The position numbers and the translations under genes are program-made. Of a stretch of 64,000 bases of DNA, positions 17,715-27,903 are shown piece after piece (position 1 is the first letter of the stretch; each line of letters opens with the position of its first letter). The notes under the pieces are model-generated. The model was not told where the DNA came from, did not search any database, and was given only the letters and a program-made list of their open reading frames with translations. Origin of the DNA: Candidatus Aldehydirespiratoraceae bacterium (lineage in GTDB: Bacteria; Actinomycetota; Acidimicrobiia; Acidimicrobiales; Aldehydirespiratoraceae); assembly GCA_965221585.1 (NCBI GenBank), contig OZ244898.1, forward strand, positions 810,527-874,526. Reading direction: 5' to 3'.

Positions 17715-19703
17715 GTGGCCCCTTCCAAACGCGAGCACCGAGTCAGCCCCTTCGGGGCCTGGTCGTCTTCGATCAGCGCGGCCGACCTGGTAGGAGGGGC
17801 GGTCGGGGTTTCCGAGGTCAGAGCGGACCCCGTTGATGCCAGCTTGATCTGGTGGTCCGAGACCCGGCCCGAGGAGGGCGGCAGAACGGCGGTGATGCGT
17901 TACTCGATCCCTGAGGGGGAAACCATCGAACACACGCCCGCAGATGCGAACGTGCGCACGCTGGTCCACGAATACGGCGGGGGAGCTTGGTGGCCCCATG
18001 ACGGCCGACTCTTCTATGTCGACTTTGCCGACCAACGCCTTCGTGTGATCAGCCAGAGTGGCAGGGTCCGCTTTCTGAGCGATGAACCGACGCAGCCTCG
18101 AGCCGACCGCATCGCCGACGGTAGAGTCACCCCCGACGGCCTTTGGTGTGTGGTGGTCCGCGAGTGTCACCGCCCGGGTGGCGAACCGGTCAACGAAATT
18201 GTGGCCGTGCCGACCGACGGCACCGCTGAGATCAACGTCCTGTTCGACGATGCCGACTTCGTGATGTCGCCCCGCCTGTCGGTCGATGGCGATCGGCTGG
18301 CCTGGATCTCATGGGACCACCCGAACATGGGTTGGGACTCGACTCGGCTGCACATCGCCCGCTTTGCGCAAGGACGCCTCGAAGGCGAGATCCTCACGGT
18401 CGGGGCAGAGGACTCGGCGAGCTACTGTGAACCCGACTTTGGCGTGAAGGGCCTTCGGGTGTGTTGCGATCACGAAGGCTGGTGGAACCTCTACGACGTG
18501 GACGTGACGAGCGGGGAGCTCTCCCGGGCGGTAGGCGGGCCCTTCGAGATCGCCACGCCTCCTTGGGTGTTCGGAATGCAACGCTGGACAGCACACGCCG
18601 ACGGAAACGGCGACGAGCAGGTCTTCGCCGTCGCCGGAATGCCGACCGGCGACGAACTGATCGTCGACGGCAGCACGTTGTCGTTGCCGGACAGCTCGAT
18701 CAACTCGCTGTCAGCGGGATCCGGCGCCGTGGTGGCGGTCGGTTCGGGTTACGGCCACGAGACCGAGGTGATCAGCCTGCGCACGGACCGCGGTGCGTTG
18801 CACCGTGAAGTGATACGGCCTTCGAGGCCGCTTCCGTTCGAGAAGGGGTACCTTGTCGAACCCGAATGGATCACGTTCCCAACTAGTTCCGGCCCCACCG
18901 GTTCCGACCCAGAAAGTGGCCCTGATAGCGGCACCGTGGCACACGGGCTGTTCTACCCGCCGACGAATCCTGAGTATTCCGGCCCCGAGGGTGAGCGCCC
19001 GCCGCTGATGGTGATGGCCCACGGTGGCCCGACGGCACAGGCCCGACGCGAGCTTCAACCGGGAATCCTCTATTGGACTTCGCGGGGTATAGCGGTGGTA
19101 GACGTCGACTATCGAGGCTCAACGGGGTACGGCACCGCCTATCGCAGAGCACTCGACGGACAATGGGGTGTCGCGGACGTTGCCGACTGCGTCGCCGCGG
19201 CGCAGTATCTGGCAAGTCGAGGCGATGTCGACCCCGAGCGGCTGATGATCCGCGGCGGCAGCGCGGGCGGGTTCACTGTTCTGGCGGCGTTGGCTTTCCA
19301 TGACGTGTTCTCGGCCGGAGCCAGCCGCTACGGCATCGCCGATCTCGAATCTCTGGCGACCGACACCCACAAGTTCGAGTCGCGTTACCTCGACACGCTC
19401 GTCGGTGCCTATCCCGAGCAGAGGGCCGTGTACGTGGAGCGTTCGCCGATCAACCATGTCGAGGCGATCGACACGCCGTTGATCGTTCTGCAGGGAGCCG
19501 AGGACGTGATCGTGCCGCCGGCACAGGCGGAGATGATCGTCTCAGCATTGAAGTCCAAGGGCATCAAGGTTACGTACCTGCTGTTTCCCGACGAACAGCA
19601 CGGTTTCCGCCAGGCCGACAACATTGTTCGTGCGTTGGAGGCCGAACTGGCGTTCTTCGGTGAAGTTCTCGGCTTCGACCCGGCTGGTCTCGCCGATGAA
19701 TAG
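17715..19703 (+). CDS. S9 family serine peptidase (prolyl oligopeptidase / acylaminoacyl-peptidase type)
   Basis: Beta-propeller N-terminal half. The C-terminus has RGGSAGGFT (nucleophile elbow GxSxGG) and LQGAEDVIVPP...EQHGF. The start is trimmed to the GTG at 17715, just after the aminotransferase stop. Confidence 0.8.
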   Translation: MAPSKREHRVSPFGAWSSSISAADLVGGAVGVSEVRADPVDASLIWWSETRPEEGGRTAVMRYSIPEGETIEHTPADANVRTLVHEYGGGAWWPHDGRLFYVDFADQRLRVISQSGRVRFLSDEPTQPRADRIADGRVTPDGLWCVVVRECHRPGGEPVNEIVAVPTDGTAEINVLFDDADFVMSPRLSVDGDRLAWISWDHPNMGWDSTRLHIARFAQGRLEGEILTVGAEDSASYCEPDFGVKGLRVCCDHEGWWNLYDVDVTSGELSRAVGGPFEIATPPWVFGMQRWTAHADGNGDEQVFAVAGMPTGDELIVDGSTLSLPDSSINSLSAGSGAVVAVGSGYGHETEVISLRTDRGALHREVIRPSRPLPFEKGYLVEPEWITFPTSSGPTGSDPESGPDSGTVAHGLFYPPTNPEYSGPEGERPPLMVMAHGGPTAQARRELQPGILYWTSRGIAVVDVDYRGSTGYGTAYRRALDGQWGVADVADCVAAAQYLASRGDVDPERLMIRGGSAGGFTVLAALAFHDVFSAGASRYGIADLESLATDTHKFESRYLDTLVGAYPEQRAVYVERSPINHVEAIDTPLIVLQGAEDVIVPPAQAEMIVSALKSKGIKVTYLLFPDEQHGFRQADNIVRALEAELAFFGEVLGFDPAGLADE

Positions 19704-19763
19704 AATCGCCCGGTTGACCACTGGCCGAGGGCCGCGATCGGCCCGTGACAGAACAAGACGAAG

Positions 19764-20729
19764 GTGGTTTCGATGAAGCGTGTTTTGATCTCCGAATCGA
19801 TCGCTGAGGCGGGCCTGGACCTGCTCCGCTCGGCAGGCCACAACGTAGATGTACAGCTCGGCCTTTCCCCCGACGGGCTGTGCGAAGCGGTGGCGGGGGC
19901 GTCGGCTCTGATCGTGCGCTCGGCGACTCAGGTCGACGCAGCTGTGCTGGCGGCCGGCACCGATCTGATTGTTGTGGGCCGGGCCGGTGTCGGTGTCGAC
20001 AACGTGGATGTCGCCGAAGCCACAAAGAACGGCGTGACGGTTGTCAATGCGCCGCTGTCCAACGTCACCTCGGCAGCGGAACACTCGATGGCACTGTTGT
20101 TGGCGCAGGCTCGCAACGTGCCCCAGGCGCATTCGGCGATGCTGCAGGGCCGTTGGGAGCGTTCGCAGCACCAGGGAGTGGAGCTGGCCGGTAAGACGCT
20201 CGGCGTCATCGGCCTGGGCCGGATCGGTTCTCTGGTGGCGGAGCGTGCTCTGGCGTTCGGCATGAAGATCGTGGCGCACGACCCCTACATAACCCAGGAA
20301 GTCGCGGACCGGGTCAACGCCGAGCTGATAGCACTCGACGAGTTGATCGAACGCTCCGACTTTGTGACGCTGCACCTGCTGAAGACACCGGAGACGGTCG
20401 GACTCATCAATGCTGAGTTGCTGGCCAAGGCCAAGCCGTCCCTGCGGATTGTCAACGTCTCACGCGGCGGCATCATCGACGAGGAGGCCCTGGCCGAAGC
20501 GGTCCGGTCCAAGACGATCGCCGGTGCGGCAATCGATGTGTTCGACGTCGAGCCGGCGCTCGACTCGTCGTTGGTGGGCGTGGACGGGATCGTGGTGACA
20601 CCCCATCTCGGCGCCAGCACAGCCGAGGCTCAACTCGCCGCCGGAGTCACCATCGCCGAACAGGTCCAACTGGCGCTCGCCGGGGAGCCCGTGCCCTTCG
20701 CGGTGAACCAACCCGGCGCGGTCGACTAG
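19764..20729 (+). CDS. D-isomer-specific 2-hydroxyacid dehydrogenase (short phosphoglycerate dehydrogenase-like, no ACT domain)
   Basis: GRAGVGVDNVD, GKTLGVIGLGRIGSLVA and NVSRGGIIDEEAL...TPHLGAST. Confidence 0.8.
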   Translation: MVSMKRVLISESIAEAGLDLLRSAGHNVDVQLGLSPDGLCEAVAGASALIVRSATQVDAAVLAAGTDLIVVGRAGVGVDNVDVAEATKNGVTVVNAPLSNVTSAAEHSMALLLAQARNVPQAHSAMLQGRWERSQHQGVELAGKTLGVIGLGRIGSLVAERALAFGMKIVAHDPYITQEVADRVNAELIALDELIERSDFVTLHLLKTPETVGLINAELLAKAKPSLRIVNVSRGGIIDEEALAEAVRSKTIAGAAIDVFDVEPALDSSLVGVDGIVVTPHLGASTAEAQLAAGVTIAEQVQLALAGEPVPFAVNQPGAVD

Positions 20730-20781
20730 ACCAGCCGCCGCGTGCGCGGCCCGCATCCGCAAGCTCTAAGGCCGCGGTGCG

Positions 20782-21144
20782 TCAGCGCTGGGCTTTGCGG
20801 TATCCGTCTGCTTCAGCGTCGGCTTCGGTGGCGTAGCACCGGTCCGGAACCGTGCGGTCGTAGGAGCTTCCGCCCGGTACGTGGAAGATCTTCGAGGAAC
20901 TCTTCGCTTTGATTGGATAGCCGGAAGGACAGGCCCCGTCGACCGGTTCGACCCCGCTTGGCGCGAACTCCACCGGACCGCTTCGGGGCGCTGGATCGTC
21001 GGTCTCTTCGAGGGGAGGCCAGGTGGCGGAACCGGCTCCCTCGCGCCGACGACTACGTGCGATACCTCGCACGATGCCCACAGCTACACCCACGACAGCC
21101 CCGAATTTCAAGAGTCGTGCCATCCGAGCCAACACCGCGGTCAT
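20782..21144 (-). CDS. membrane-anchored small protein with a C-terminal sunset-type domain
   Basis: N-terminal TM helix, then the C-terminal IKAKSSSKIFHVPGGSSYDRTVPDRCYATEADAEADGYRKA pattern. The domain name is from memory. Confidence 0.5.
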   Translation of the reverse strand: MTAVLARMARLLKFGAVVGVAVGIVRGIARSRRREGAGSATWPPLEETDDPAPRSGPVEFAPSGVEPVDGACPSGYPIKAKSSSKIFHVPGGSSYDRTVPDRCYATEADAEADGYRKAQR

Positions 21145-21176
21145 GGCTTCGAGGGTATCGGATCCTTCGCGGCGTT

Positions 21177-21767
21177 TCAGCCGGTAGGCGTCCAGGCCGG
21201 GCGCTTCGTCTCGTAGGCCTCGATCTCTGAGAGGTGTCGCATGGTGAGTCCGATGTCGTCGAGACCCTCCAGGAACCTCTGCTGCGTGCCCGAATCCAAC
21301 GGGAACGAGGATTCGAGGCCGACCGCAGGCGCCTCCATCGTGAGACGCTCGACATCGATCGTTATCTCCAAGGTCGGATCGTCCTTCACGGCCTGCATCA
21401 GGGCCGCGCCGAACTCGGAGCTGACGGTCACCGGCACGAGTCCGTTCTTGGTGCAGTTGTTCCGGAAAATGTCGGCGAAACGTGGTGATACGACCGCTTC
21501 GAAGCCGTACTGCTGAATGGCCCAGACCGCATGCTCGCGAGAGGATCCGGTTCCGAAGTTGATCCCGGCGACCAGGATGTTGGCCTTGGCGTAGTGCTCC
21601 TGGTTGAGCACGAAGTCACGGTCGTCCCGCCACTCCGAGAAGAGGCCTTTCTCGAACCCGGTGCGTTCGACTCGTTTCAGCCAGTCGCTGGGGATTATCT
21701 GGTCGGTGTCGACATCGGCACGGTCAAGCGGGAGCGCTGTGCCGGAGACGATGCGTACTGCTTTCAT
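21177..21767 (-). CDS. leuD: 3-isopropylmalate dehydratase small subunit
   Basis: GINFGTGSSREHAVWA motif, immediately downstream of leuC. Confidence 0.9.
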   Translation of the reverse strand: MKAVRIVSGTALPLDRADVDTDQIIPSDWLKRVERTGFEKGLFSEWRDDRDFVLNQEHYAKANILVAGINFGTGSSREHAVWAIQQYGFEAVVSPRFADIFRNNCTKNGLVPVTVSSEFGAALMQAVKDDPTLEITIDVERLTMEAPAVGLESSFPLDSGTQQRFLEGLDDIGLTMRHLSEIEAYETKRPAWTPTG

Positions 21768-21812
21768 TTCGCTCAGGTTCTTTCCGGGTGTGAGGTCGTT
21801 TGTTCGGTGGTG

Positions 21813-23222
21813 TCAGGAGAGGTCGGCGGGAGTGGCGAAGGTTCCGGCAATGGCGGTAGCCGCGGCCACCGCGGGAGACACGAGGTGGGTCCGCCCGCCT
21901 CGACCCTGGCGGCCTTCGAAGTTTCGGTTCGAGGTGCTTGCCGCCCGCTCGCCCGGTTGGAGCTTGTCGGGATTCATCGCCAGGCACATTGAGCAGCCCG
22001 GTTCCCGCCAGTCGAACCCCGCTGCTCTGAAGATCTCGTGAAGGCCCTCGGACTCGGCCTGGTCCTTGACCTGACCGGAGCCGGGCACGACCAGGGTGCG
22101 CACTCCGGAGGCGACCTTGCGGCCCGCGGCGACCTTTGCCGCGTCTCGAAGGTCCTCGATACGGCTGTTTGTGCATGAACCGATGAAGACCGTGTCCACC
22201 GACACCTCACGCATCGGCGTCCCGCCCCTCAGTCCCATGTAGTCCAGCGCCCGGGCCGCGGAGTCACGGGTCGCGGCGTCGTCGAACGAATCGGGTGTCG
22301 GGATCGCACCGTGCAGCGGCATCACCTGAGCGGGGTTGGTTCCCCAGGACACATGCGCAGCGATCTCGTCGCCCTTGAGGGTCACGTATTCGTCGAAGGT
22401 GGCGTCGGGATCGCTCGGCAACTGCCGCCAATCCTCCAGGGCGGCCTCCCAGGCCGCGCCGGTCGGTGATTTCTCACGCCCCTCGAGGTAGGCGAAGGTG
22501 GTGTCGTCTGGTGCGATCAACCCTGCTCTGGCTCCTCCCTCGATCGACATGTTGCAGACGGTCATGCGGCCTTCCATCGTCAGGTCGCGGATCACGTCGC
22601 CGCGGTACTCGATGATCTTGCCGATCCCGCCACCGGTGCCGATGCGGCCGATGATCGCCAAGATCACGTCCTTGGCCGTCACGCCGTCGGACAACTCACC
22701 GTCGACGGTGATCGCCATGGTCCCGGGGCGTGCCGCAAGCAGCGTCTGGGTAGCCAGGACATGCTCGACTTCGCTGGTCCCGATCCCGAAGGCAATGGCA
22801 CCGAACGCACCGTGGGTGGAGGTGTGAGAGTCGCCACAGACGATGGTCATCCCGGGTTGTGTCAACCCCTGTTCGGGCCCGATGACATGCACGATTCCCT
22901 GTTTCGCATGTCCCATCGGATAGTTGGTCACGCCGAACTCGCTGGTGTTGGCGCGCAGCGTCTCAACCTGGAGGCGGCTGACCTCGTCGGCGATCGGCTT
23001 GTCTATGTCGGCGGTCGGCACGTTGTGGTCCTCAGTGGCGACGGTGAGGTCCGGGCGCCTTACCTTGCGACCGCTGATACGCAGACCGTCGAAGGCCTGG
23101 GGCGAGGTGACCTCGTGAACGAGATGCAGGTCGATGTAGAGCAGGTCACCTTCGCCGTCGCTTCCCTCCGTTACGACATGGCGGTCCCAGACCTTCTCAC
23201 TCAACGTTTTGGGTTCGCTCAT
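21813..23222 (-). CDS. leuC: 3-isopropylmalate dehydratase large subunit
   Basis: Aconitase-family motifs: [36 protein letters not shown]. Confidence 0.95.
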   Translation of the reverse strand: MSEPKTLSEKVWDRHVVTEGSDGEGDLLYIDLHLVHEVTSPQAFDGLRISGRKVRRPDLTVATEDHNVPTADIDKPIADEVSRLQVETLRANTSEFGVTNYPMGHAKQGIVHVIGPEQGLTQPGMTIVCGDSHTSTHGAFGAIAFGIGTSEVEHVLATQTLLAARPGTMAITVDGELSDGVTAKDVILAIIGRIGTGGGIGKIIEYRGDVIRDLTMEGRMTVCNMSIEGGARAGLIAPDDTTFAYLEGREKSPTGAAWEAALEDWRQLPSDPDATFDEYVTLKGDEIAAHVSWGTNPAQVMPLHGAIPTPDSFDDAATRDSAARALDYMGLRGGTPMREVSVDTVFIGSCTNSRIEDLRDAAKVAAGRKVASGVRTLVVPGSGQVKDQAESEGLHEIFRAAGFDWREPGCSMCLAMNPDKLQPGERAASTSNRNFEGRQGRGGRTHLVSPAVAAATAIAGTFATPADLS

Positions 23223-23285
23223 ACTGGGGCTCTCTTCGTCGCCACGTTCGGGGTGAATCTCAGGATAGGACGCGCGCGGACCGGC

Positions 23286-24971
23286 TCAATCGTCGAGGGC
23301 GGTGAACTCGCGCAGGCCGCTGAGCGCGTCCTTCACCACCTTTCCCGCGGCGTTGCGGGGCAACGGCTCGCTGCGGATGTCCCACACGGTCGGGACCTTG
23401 TAGGGGGCCAGCGAGTTGGCGGCCCAGGTCTGCAGTTCCTGTGCGGTCAGGTCAGTGCCGAGGTTGGGTACCACCGACGCGGCCACCAACTGGCCCGTCA
23501 TCTCGTCATCGAGTCCGTAGACAGCGACCTCCGACACCGCGGGGTGGTCCTCGATGCGGTATTCGACCTCGATCGGGTAGACGTTCTCGCCGTTGTGAAG
23601 AATCATGTCGCGGGCTCGGCTGTCGATCGTCAGGATTCCGTCCTCGAGTCGCCCGATGTCGCCGGTGTCGAGCCAGAAATCGTTGTCGATGGTCTCGGCG
23701 GTGGCTTCGTCGTCGTTCCAGTATCCGAGCATCGTGTAGGCGCTCTTGACCCAGATCTGTCCGTTCTCGCCGTCGGGCAGCACCGTGCCGTCGTCGTCTC
23801 GTATCTCGACCTGCATCGTCGGCAGGACCCAGCCGGCTGCTTCGGGTCGGGCCTTCATGTCGGCACCCCCATGGGAGGCGACTACACCCACGGTCTCGCT
23901 CGAGCCGTAACCGATGCCGACGTTGTGTGCTGTGGTCGGCAGAGTGTCACGAACCCGCTGGGCGAGGTCGGGGCTGACGGGCGCGCCCCCAAAGCCGACG
24001 TTGGTCAGACTCGACGTGTCTGTCAGGCCTTTGGCTGCTTCGTCAAGCACTCGCGGTCCCATTGAGCCGATCAGCGACCACACGGTGATGCGCTCCTTCT
24101 CCACCAGCCGAAGACCCGCTGCCGGGTCGAAACGGCCAGTCCGGAAGATCAGCGTCCCGCCTGCGACCATGTTGATGAGGGTCGAACCCGACAGTCCCGA
24201 CACGTGGAACAGCGGCGAGGTCATCATCACTCGGGGCGGATTGATCGATGGAGCTGGTGCCGGTTGGTTGGCTGCTTCGGCCTCGGCCGCGGCTTGCATC
24301 ATCCGCAGCGCGCCGTTGAGCATCTGGATCTCGACGAAACCGACCAGACCCCGGTGCGTGGCGGTCGCCCCCTTGGCGCGGCCGGTAGTACCACTGGTGA
24401 AGAAGATCGACACTGGATCGTCTTCGGCCAGCTCGACGGTCGGCAGTTGGTGAGCGCCGACATCGCGCTGGAGGCGCTCACGCTCAGCGTCCATGTCGAT
24501 GAGCGGCACCGAACACGATTCGGGAACCCGGGCGAGCCGCTTCTGGTCGCCGAGGATCAGCTTCGGGGTCGTCAACTCGGTGGCGTGGGCGATCTCGTCG
24601 GGGGTCCACCAGCCGTTGTAGAGCGCCACGATCGCGCCGGAACTCACCAGCGCGAAATAGGCGATCACCCAATCCGGTGAGTTGGCAGCCAATATGCCGA
24701 CCCGCTCTCCTTTGGCGACACCGTGATCGGTGTGCAGAGCGGCCGCCTCCGCGGCGACCAGATCGACGAACTGGTCATGCGTGATGCGCCGATCTTCAAG
24801 GACCAGGAACTCGCGGTCGCCATGGGAACGGCAGCCTGCCACGAATTCCCGCAACGACTTTCGGCGGTTGGCGAGAACAGGCACGCTGTGCCCCCGCACG
24901 TTCTCGTCCTGCACAGCGAAGTAGCCGTCGGGATCCGTGAGGCCCTTCAGCACGTCATCGCGAATCGACAT
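23286..24971 (-). CDS. AMP-dependent synthetase/ligase (acyl-CoA synthetase)
   Basis: Trimmed to the ATG at 24971 (MSIRDDVLKG). IFFTSGTTGRAKG, YGSSE and PRNAAGKVVK motifs. Confidence 0.85.
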   Translation of the reverse strand: MSIRDDVLKGLTDPDGYFAVQDENVRGHSVPVLANRRKSLREFVAGCRSHGDREFLVLEDRRITHDQFVDLVAAEAAALHTDHGVAKGERVGILAANSPDWVIAYFALVSSGAIVALYNGWWTPDEIAHATELTTPKLILGDQKRLARVPESCSVPLIDMDAERERLQRDVGAHQLPTVELAEDDPVSIFFTSGTTGRAKGATATHRGLVGFVEIQMLNGALRMMQAAAEAEAANQPAPAPSINPPRVMMTSPLFHVSGLSGSTLINMVAGGTLIFRTGRFDPAAGLRLVEKERITVWSLIGSMGPRVLDEAAKGLTDTSSLTNVGFGGAPVSPDLAQRVRDTLPTTAHNVGIGYGSSETVGVVASHGGADMKARPEAAGWVLPTMQVEIRDDDGTVLPDGENGQIWVKSAYTMLGYWNDDEATAETIDNDFWLDTGDIGRLEDGILTIDSRARDMILHNGENVYPIEVEYRIEDHPAVSEVAVYGLDDEMTGQLVAASVVPNLGTDLTAQELQTWAANSLAPYKVPTVWDIRSEPLPRNAAGKVVKDALSGLREFTALDD

Positions 24972-25014
24972 AGCCCGGGACCGTAGCGGAGTCTGGATCA
25001 GCGGAGACAACCGG

Positions 25015-25485
25015 TCACTCGATTTCGACAACCGAAACCTTGAGTGACCTGCCGTTGGGCGCTTCGTACTCGACAACGTCGCCCGGTGACGACCCGAGCA
25101 GCGCAGCACCCATCGGTGAGGCGGGCGACACCACCATCAGATCCTCGGGTTTCTCCTCGATGGATCCGACCAGGTATTTCTCGACCACGCTGTCGCCCTC
25201 GAAGACGATCGACACGACTGAGCCGGCGCCGACCGATCCGCCGTTGCTGTTCGATTCGACGATCACTGCGTTCTCGATGACGTGGGCGAGGTGCATGATC
25301 CGCCCCTCCATCTTCCCCTTCTCCTCCTTGGCGGCGTGGTAGTCGCCGTTCTCGGAGAGGTCGCCGAGCGCCCGGGCAGCTTCGATCTTCTGGGCAATCT
25401 CGATCCGGCCGCGTGTCGTGAGTTCGTCGTACTCGGCTTGGAGGCGATCAAATGCCGTCTGTGAGAGCTGCTGTACGTTCGCCAT
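25015..25485 (-). CDS. greA: transcription elongation factor GreA
   Basis: Trimmed to the ATG at 25485. AREEGDLSENGDYHAAKEE-type motif (ARALGDLSENGDYHAAKEEKG). Confidence 0.9.
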   Translation of the reverse strand: MANVQQLSQTAFDRLQAEYDELTTRGRIEIAQKIEAARALGDLSENGDYHAAKEEKGKMEGRIMHLAHVIENAVIVESNSNGGSVGAGSVVSIVFEGDSVVEKYLVGSIEEKPEDLMVVSPASPMGAALLGSSPGDVVEYEAPNGRSLKVSVVEIE

Positions 25486-25556
25486 TCCAAGAAATCTAGC
25501 GTGGGAGCAGCAGGCCGCGGCCGCTCCGTGTATAGGTATCGGTTCGGAGTTGTCGA

Positions 25557-26888
25557 TTGCTGGGGGAGACCTTGTCTGCTGCAAAGATTCTTGATGTGGG
25601 AGTTGTCGGGGCAGGACCGGCGGGTCTGATCTTGGCCCGACGTCTCGCCAAGACTTCGGCGAGCTTCGAGATCCTCGAACGGAACCAGGATGTGGGCGGC
25701 ATCTGGGACATCGATGCTGTGGGTTCGCCGATCTATGAGTCGGCCCATTTCATCTCGTCGCGAACTCTCTCGGGATTCGCGGGCTTCCCGATGCCCGACG
25801 ACTACCCGGACTACCCCGACCACGAGCAGTTGCTCTCCTATATTCGCTCCTTCGCCGACGAGTTCGACCTTCGACGCCACATTCGTTTCGGTGTGTCGGT
25901 CGACAGAGCAGTCCTCGACGCCGACGGATTGTGGGAGCTCCGGTTCGCCGACGGCGACGTGCGCCATTACCGATATCTGATCTGCGCCAACGGCGTCACC
26001 TGGATACCCAACCTGGTGAGCTGGCCCGGAGAGTTCAACGGCGTCGTCCGCCACGCCGTCAGCTACCGCTCGCCGAGAGAGTTCGAGGGGAAACGGGTCT
26101 TGGTGGTCGGGGCCGGCAACTCCGGTGCAGATATTGCATGCGACGCGTCGTTCAGCGCTGATCAGGCGTTCTTGAGCGTGCGGCGCGGCTACCACTTCAT
26201 CCCCAAACACATCTTCGGTATGCCCTCAGATGTCTTCGCGTCGCAGGGTCCGTCACTGCCGCACTGGTTGGAGGTGGGTGTGTTCGGTGTGATGCTGCGG
26301 ATACTCAACGGTGACCTGCGCCGCTACGGTCTCCCCAAACCGGACCACAGGATCTTCGAGTCGCATCCGTTGATGAACAGCCAGATCCTGCACTATCTGG
26401 CTCACGGAGACTGCATCGCCAAGCCTGATGTGGAGCGGTTCGACGGTGATTTCGTGGTCTTCTCCGACGGGAGTCGCGAACAGGTCGACCTGGTGATAAC
26501 GGCAACCGGCTATGAGCACGCGATCCCTTTCCTCGGCGACGGAGTGCTGTCGGTCAAGGGCGGGCGCCCCGACCTGTATCTGGGGATCTTCTCCCGGAGC
26601 CGAACGAATCTTGCCGCGTTGGGATTCATCGAGTTCGCCTCGGCCGCCTACGACAACTTCGACAGGATGGCCGAACTCATAGTCGCCGACGCAACCGCGA
26701 CGCCGGGATCGGCGACCGCGGAGGCTTTCGGGCACCTGAAGGCCAACGACCATCCCGACCTGAAGGGTGGTCACCACTACGTTGACTCAGACCGGCACTC
26801 CAACTACGTCGACGTGAAGACGTATCTGAAGCTCCTCGACAAGGTCAGGGAGAAGGTCGGCCTGCCAGAGAGCGGCCACGATGACTAG
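25557..26888 (+). CDS. flavin-containing monooxygenase (FMO family)
   Basis: GVVGAGPAGL dinucleotide fold, FMO fingerprint FNGVVRHAVSY (FxGxxxHxxxY), second GAGNSGADIA. The start is non-ATG and uncertain (25557-25596). Confidence 0.75.
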   Translation: MLGETLSAAKILDVGVVGAGPAGLILARRLAKTSASFEILERNQDVGGIWDIDAVGSPIYESAHFISSRTLSGFAGFPMPDDYPDYPDHEQLLSYIRSFADEFDLRRHIRFGVSVDRAVLDADGLWELRFADGDVRHYRYLICANGVTWIPNLVSWPGEFNGVVRHAVSYRSPREFEGKRVLVVGAGNSGADIACDASFSADQAFLSVRRGYHFIPKHIFGMPSDVFASQGPSLPHWLEVGVFGVMLRILNGDLRRYGLPKPDHRIFESHPLMNSQILHYLAHGDCIAKPDVERFDGDFVVFSDGSREQVDLVITATGYEHAIPFLGDGVLSVKGGRPDLYLGIFSRSRTNLAALGFIEFASAAYDNFDRMAELIVADATATPGSATAEAFGHLKANDHPDLKGGHHYVDSDRHSNYVDVKTYLKLLDKVREKVGLPESGHDD

Positions 26889-27693
26889 AGGTTCAGCTCT
26901 CATCACTGGAACTGCCTCTGGCATCGGCGCGGAGGTAGCTCGACGCTTTGCTGAGAGGGGCTATCACATCATCGCCGTGGACCGGACGCAGGAGCTCGCG
27001 CAGCGCGCTGCGGCCGATCTTGGAGCTGCAGCCACGGCGGTGGGTTGCGATCTCTCGGATCCGCCGAGCACCCGAGACCTCTGCGACAGAATTAGGGGTG
27101 AATGGTCCGATGAGCTCGACGTGCTGGTGTGCAACGCAGGCGTGGTCGTCCCCGGAGACGTTGCCGATCTCAGCCTGGAGGACCTCGATGTTCAACTCGA
27201 TGTGCTGTTGCGCAGTCCGGTGCAGTTGATCCGCGCCGCGTTGGATGTGTTCAAGGGCCGCGATTCCGGACACATCATGGCCACCGTGTCGATGGGGGCT
27301 ATCTGTCCGCTGCCGGCATCGGCGGCGTACTCCGCTGCCAAGGCTGGACTGAGGGCGTTCCTGGCTGCGCTCAACTCGGAGTTGTCGAACACCAACATCT
27401 CGGTGAGCGGGATCTACCCGACCGCGGTCGACACGCCGATGCTGCAACACGAAGCTCGCAGCGGCGGCAGTGCGCTCAACTTCTTGAGTGCGGTCAAGAC
27501 CGTTGACGATGTGGCCGACGCCTACGAGAAGGCCCTCGACAATCCGAAGCTGGAGGTATACGTCCCCTATCACGAGAGCCTGTCTGCTCGCGCCGCGTTG
27601 TGGACCCCGGCGCTTATCCCGCGCCTCATTCCCTTCTTCAACCGCATCGGTGAGCGCGGCCGCAAAAAGTACCTCGCCGGACTCGACCCCTGA
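26881..27693 (+). CDS. SDR family oxidoreductase
   Basis: TGTASGIG, NAGV and YSAAKAG motifs. It overlaps the FMO stop by 8 nt (operon). Confidence 0.85.
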   Translation: MTRGSALITGTASGIGAEVARRFAERGYHIIAVDRTQELAQRAAADLGAAATAVGCDLSDPPSTRDLCDRIRGEWSDELDVLVCNAGVVVPGDVADLSLEDLDVQLDVLLRSPVQLIRAALDVFKGRDSGHIMATVSMGAICPLPASAAYSAAKAGLRAFLAALNSELSNTNISVSGIYPTAVDTPMLQHEARSGGSALNFLSAVKTVDDVADAYEKALDNPKLEVYVPYHESLSARAALWTPALIPRLIPFFNRIGERGRKKYLAGLDP

Positions 27694-27776
27694 ACCATGC
27701 ATCCAAACGAGGGCCTGGAAGCGACGGCCAGCGGATTTCAGATGACGATTGGGCAAGCAGGGGATACACTTGCGGG

Positions 27777-27815
27777 ATGGGAACACGCGAGACGTTGACC
27801 GTAATCATTTCGTAG
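27777..27815 (+). other. candidate 12-codon leader peptide MGTRETLTVIIS (speculative)
   Basis: The mini-ORF ends at TAG 27813-27815, which abuts a 9-bp-stem hairpin. Its last six sense codons include L, V, I and I. The SD is weak. Confidence 0.2.
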
Positions 27816-27841
27816 CGCACGCCCGCTGTGGCGTGCGCTGG

Positions 27842-27871
27842 ACCGTCCACTTCGGTGGACGGTTTTCTTTT
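27842..27871 (+). terminator. intrinsic terminator / attenuator hairpin upstream of leuB
   Basis: accgtccac-ttcg-gtggacggt (9-bp perfect stem, GNRA-like tetraloop position) followed by tttcttttg. It is preceded by a second perfect hairpin, gcgcacgcc-cgctgt-ggcgtgcgc, at 27815-27838. Confidence 0.55.
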
Positions 27872-27903
27872 GTCCCCGACAGCCAGCGAACGAGAAGAAG
27901 AAC

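Noticed and set aside
22761-24065. 434-aa plus-strand ORF across leuC and the acyl-CoA ligase
   Set aside because: It is a typical high-GC shadow ORF antisense to two well-supported genes, with an Arg/Gly/Val-rich low-complexity product. The same reasoning rejects these ORFs: 357-863, 873-1586, 13396-14253, 25263-26210, 27805-28806, 30146-31105, 35759-36643, 37070-38179, 38765-40099, 40809-42233, 45168-46235, 46388-47344, 48641-49708 and 59908-60792.
27694-27903. T-box or other riboswitch upstream of leuB
   Set aside because: The leader is too short (about 200 nt with two simple hairpins). I could not find a T-box consensus or a specifier-loop arrangement. It is kept only as a possible peptide-mediated attenuator or plain terminator.
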